A model generated the notes under the pieces. The model saw nothing but the letters and a program-made list of their open reading frames with translations, made no database searches and was not told the origin of the DNA. A stretch of 64,000 nucleotides of DNA from Epiperipatus broadwayi (lineage: Eukaryota > Animalia > Onychophora). A program made the position numbers and the translations under genes. Within the stretch, counting starts at the first letter, position 1. Each line of letters starts with the position of its first letter. The stretch covers positions 8,246,001-8,310,000 of the forward strand of contig JAQFVV010000006.1 of NCBI GenBank assembly GCA_028023455.1, given 5' to 3'. Below are positions 63,179-64,000 of this stretch, one piece after another.

Positions 63179-64000
63179 TTATCACATATAATATACCATC
63201 ATCACAAATAAATCTTCAGGCAAATATTTTTTTTCTTTAATTCTACATTGATGTAATAATTTACCAATTTGATATTAGAAATTGCATATTATCTTTAATT
63301 TGTTATTAAAAACAACTTTAAATATAGAATTGTAGAACTTAAACATTTAACTTTTTTTTATTAAAATATTCAGAAAGAAAATGAACTTTGTTGTTTTTCA
63401 TTTTGCATCTAAAACACTAATAATTTGATAATAGAAGGTACTACTACATTATATGTTGTATTTATTACAGAAAATAAACTTTTAACATAGAATTGTGATT
63501 TTTTTCTGTTTCTGGGCTATACAGTCTATTCAAAATTTTATATAACTTAAAGGTAAGTTTATTTTCTTTATAAAAAATTTTCGATAGAAAACTGATTACG
63601 TGATTTCCCTAACTTTTTTTATGATGTTAACTGCTAAAAAATAATTTAATGTTAAACTGCTGCATTTTTCTTGTTTCCCTTTTTAAATTAATCAAAATAA
63701 ATTTTTTAAATGTTTTTATATGCCATGTACACTTGGAAAACAAAAATTAAAAGTATACACAAAGCAATAAAGTTTCAAGTAATTTTTTTTAACAATTCAA
63801 CTTTTTCATTAATATATTCACTGCAGAAATTGTAATCTGCATATATCTTTGTGAAGCCATGTTGCAGATGTAGAAGTTTTTGAAAAAAGGACTTGGAGTC
63901 ATGAATTTTGGAATAACAATAGAATATCCGTATGTAAGAAACTCTGTTTAATCATACTATATTGAATGGTACCTGAAATTTGAACACTTCCTATGACTTT

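Overview
AT-rich, CpG-depleted metazoan genomic DNA, probably intronic or intergenic. No host gene can be identified; there is only one weak candidate exon at ~17.1 kb. The window is a stack of old and young mobile elements: RTE LINE fragments (one with an intact 12-bp TSD), a 5'-truncated L1/Tx1 LINE, two Vingi/Ingi-like fragments, a Buster-type hAT, a pogo remnant, two copies of a TG...CA solo-LTR-like element and tRNA-derived SINEs. Two things stand out. (1) At least five unrelated short repeat families each carry a minimal type-I hammerhead ribozyme (HHR) motif. They recur as tail-outward foldback insertions, several with 11-14 bp TSDs and with the symmetry junction at or near the ribozyme. 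One family is a tRNA-headed SINE with an internal HHR; another looks like a ~330-355 nt tandem 'retrozyme' monomer. (2) A 2.3-kb ORF1-only L1/Tx1-type retrocopy has a poly(A), a perfect 16-bp TSD at a TT/AAAA site, and (TTAGGG)3.7 at its exact 5' junction. All alignments, folds and translations were done by eye; boundaries of degenerate elements are approximate.
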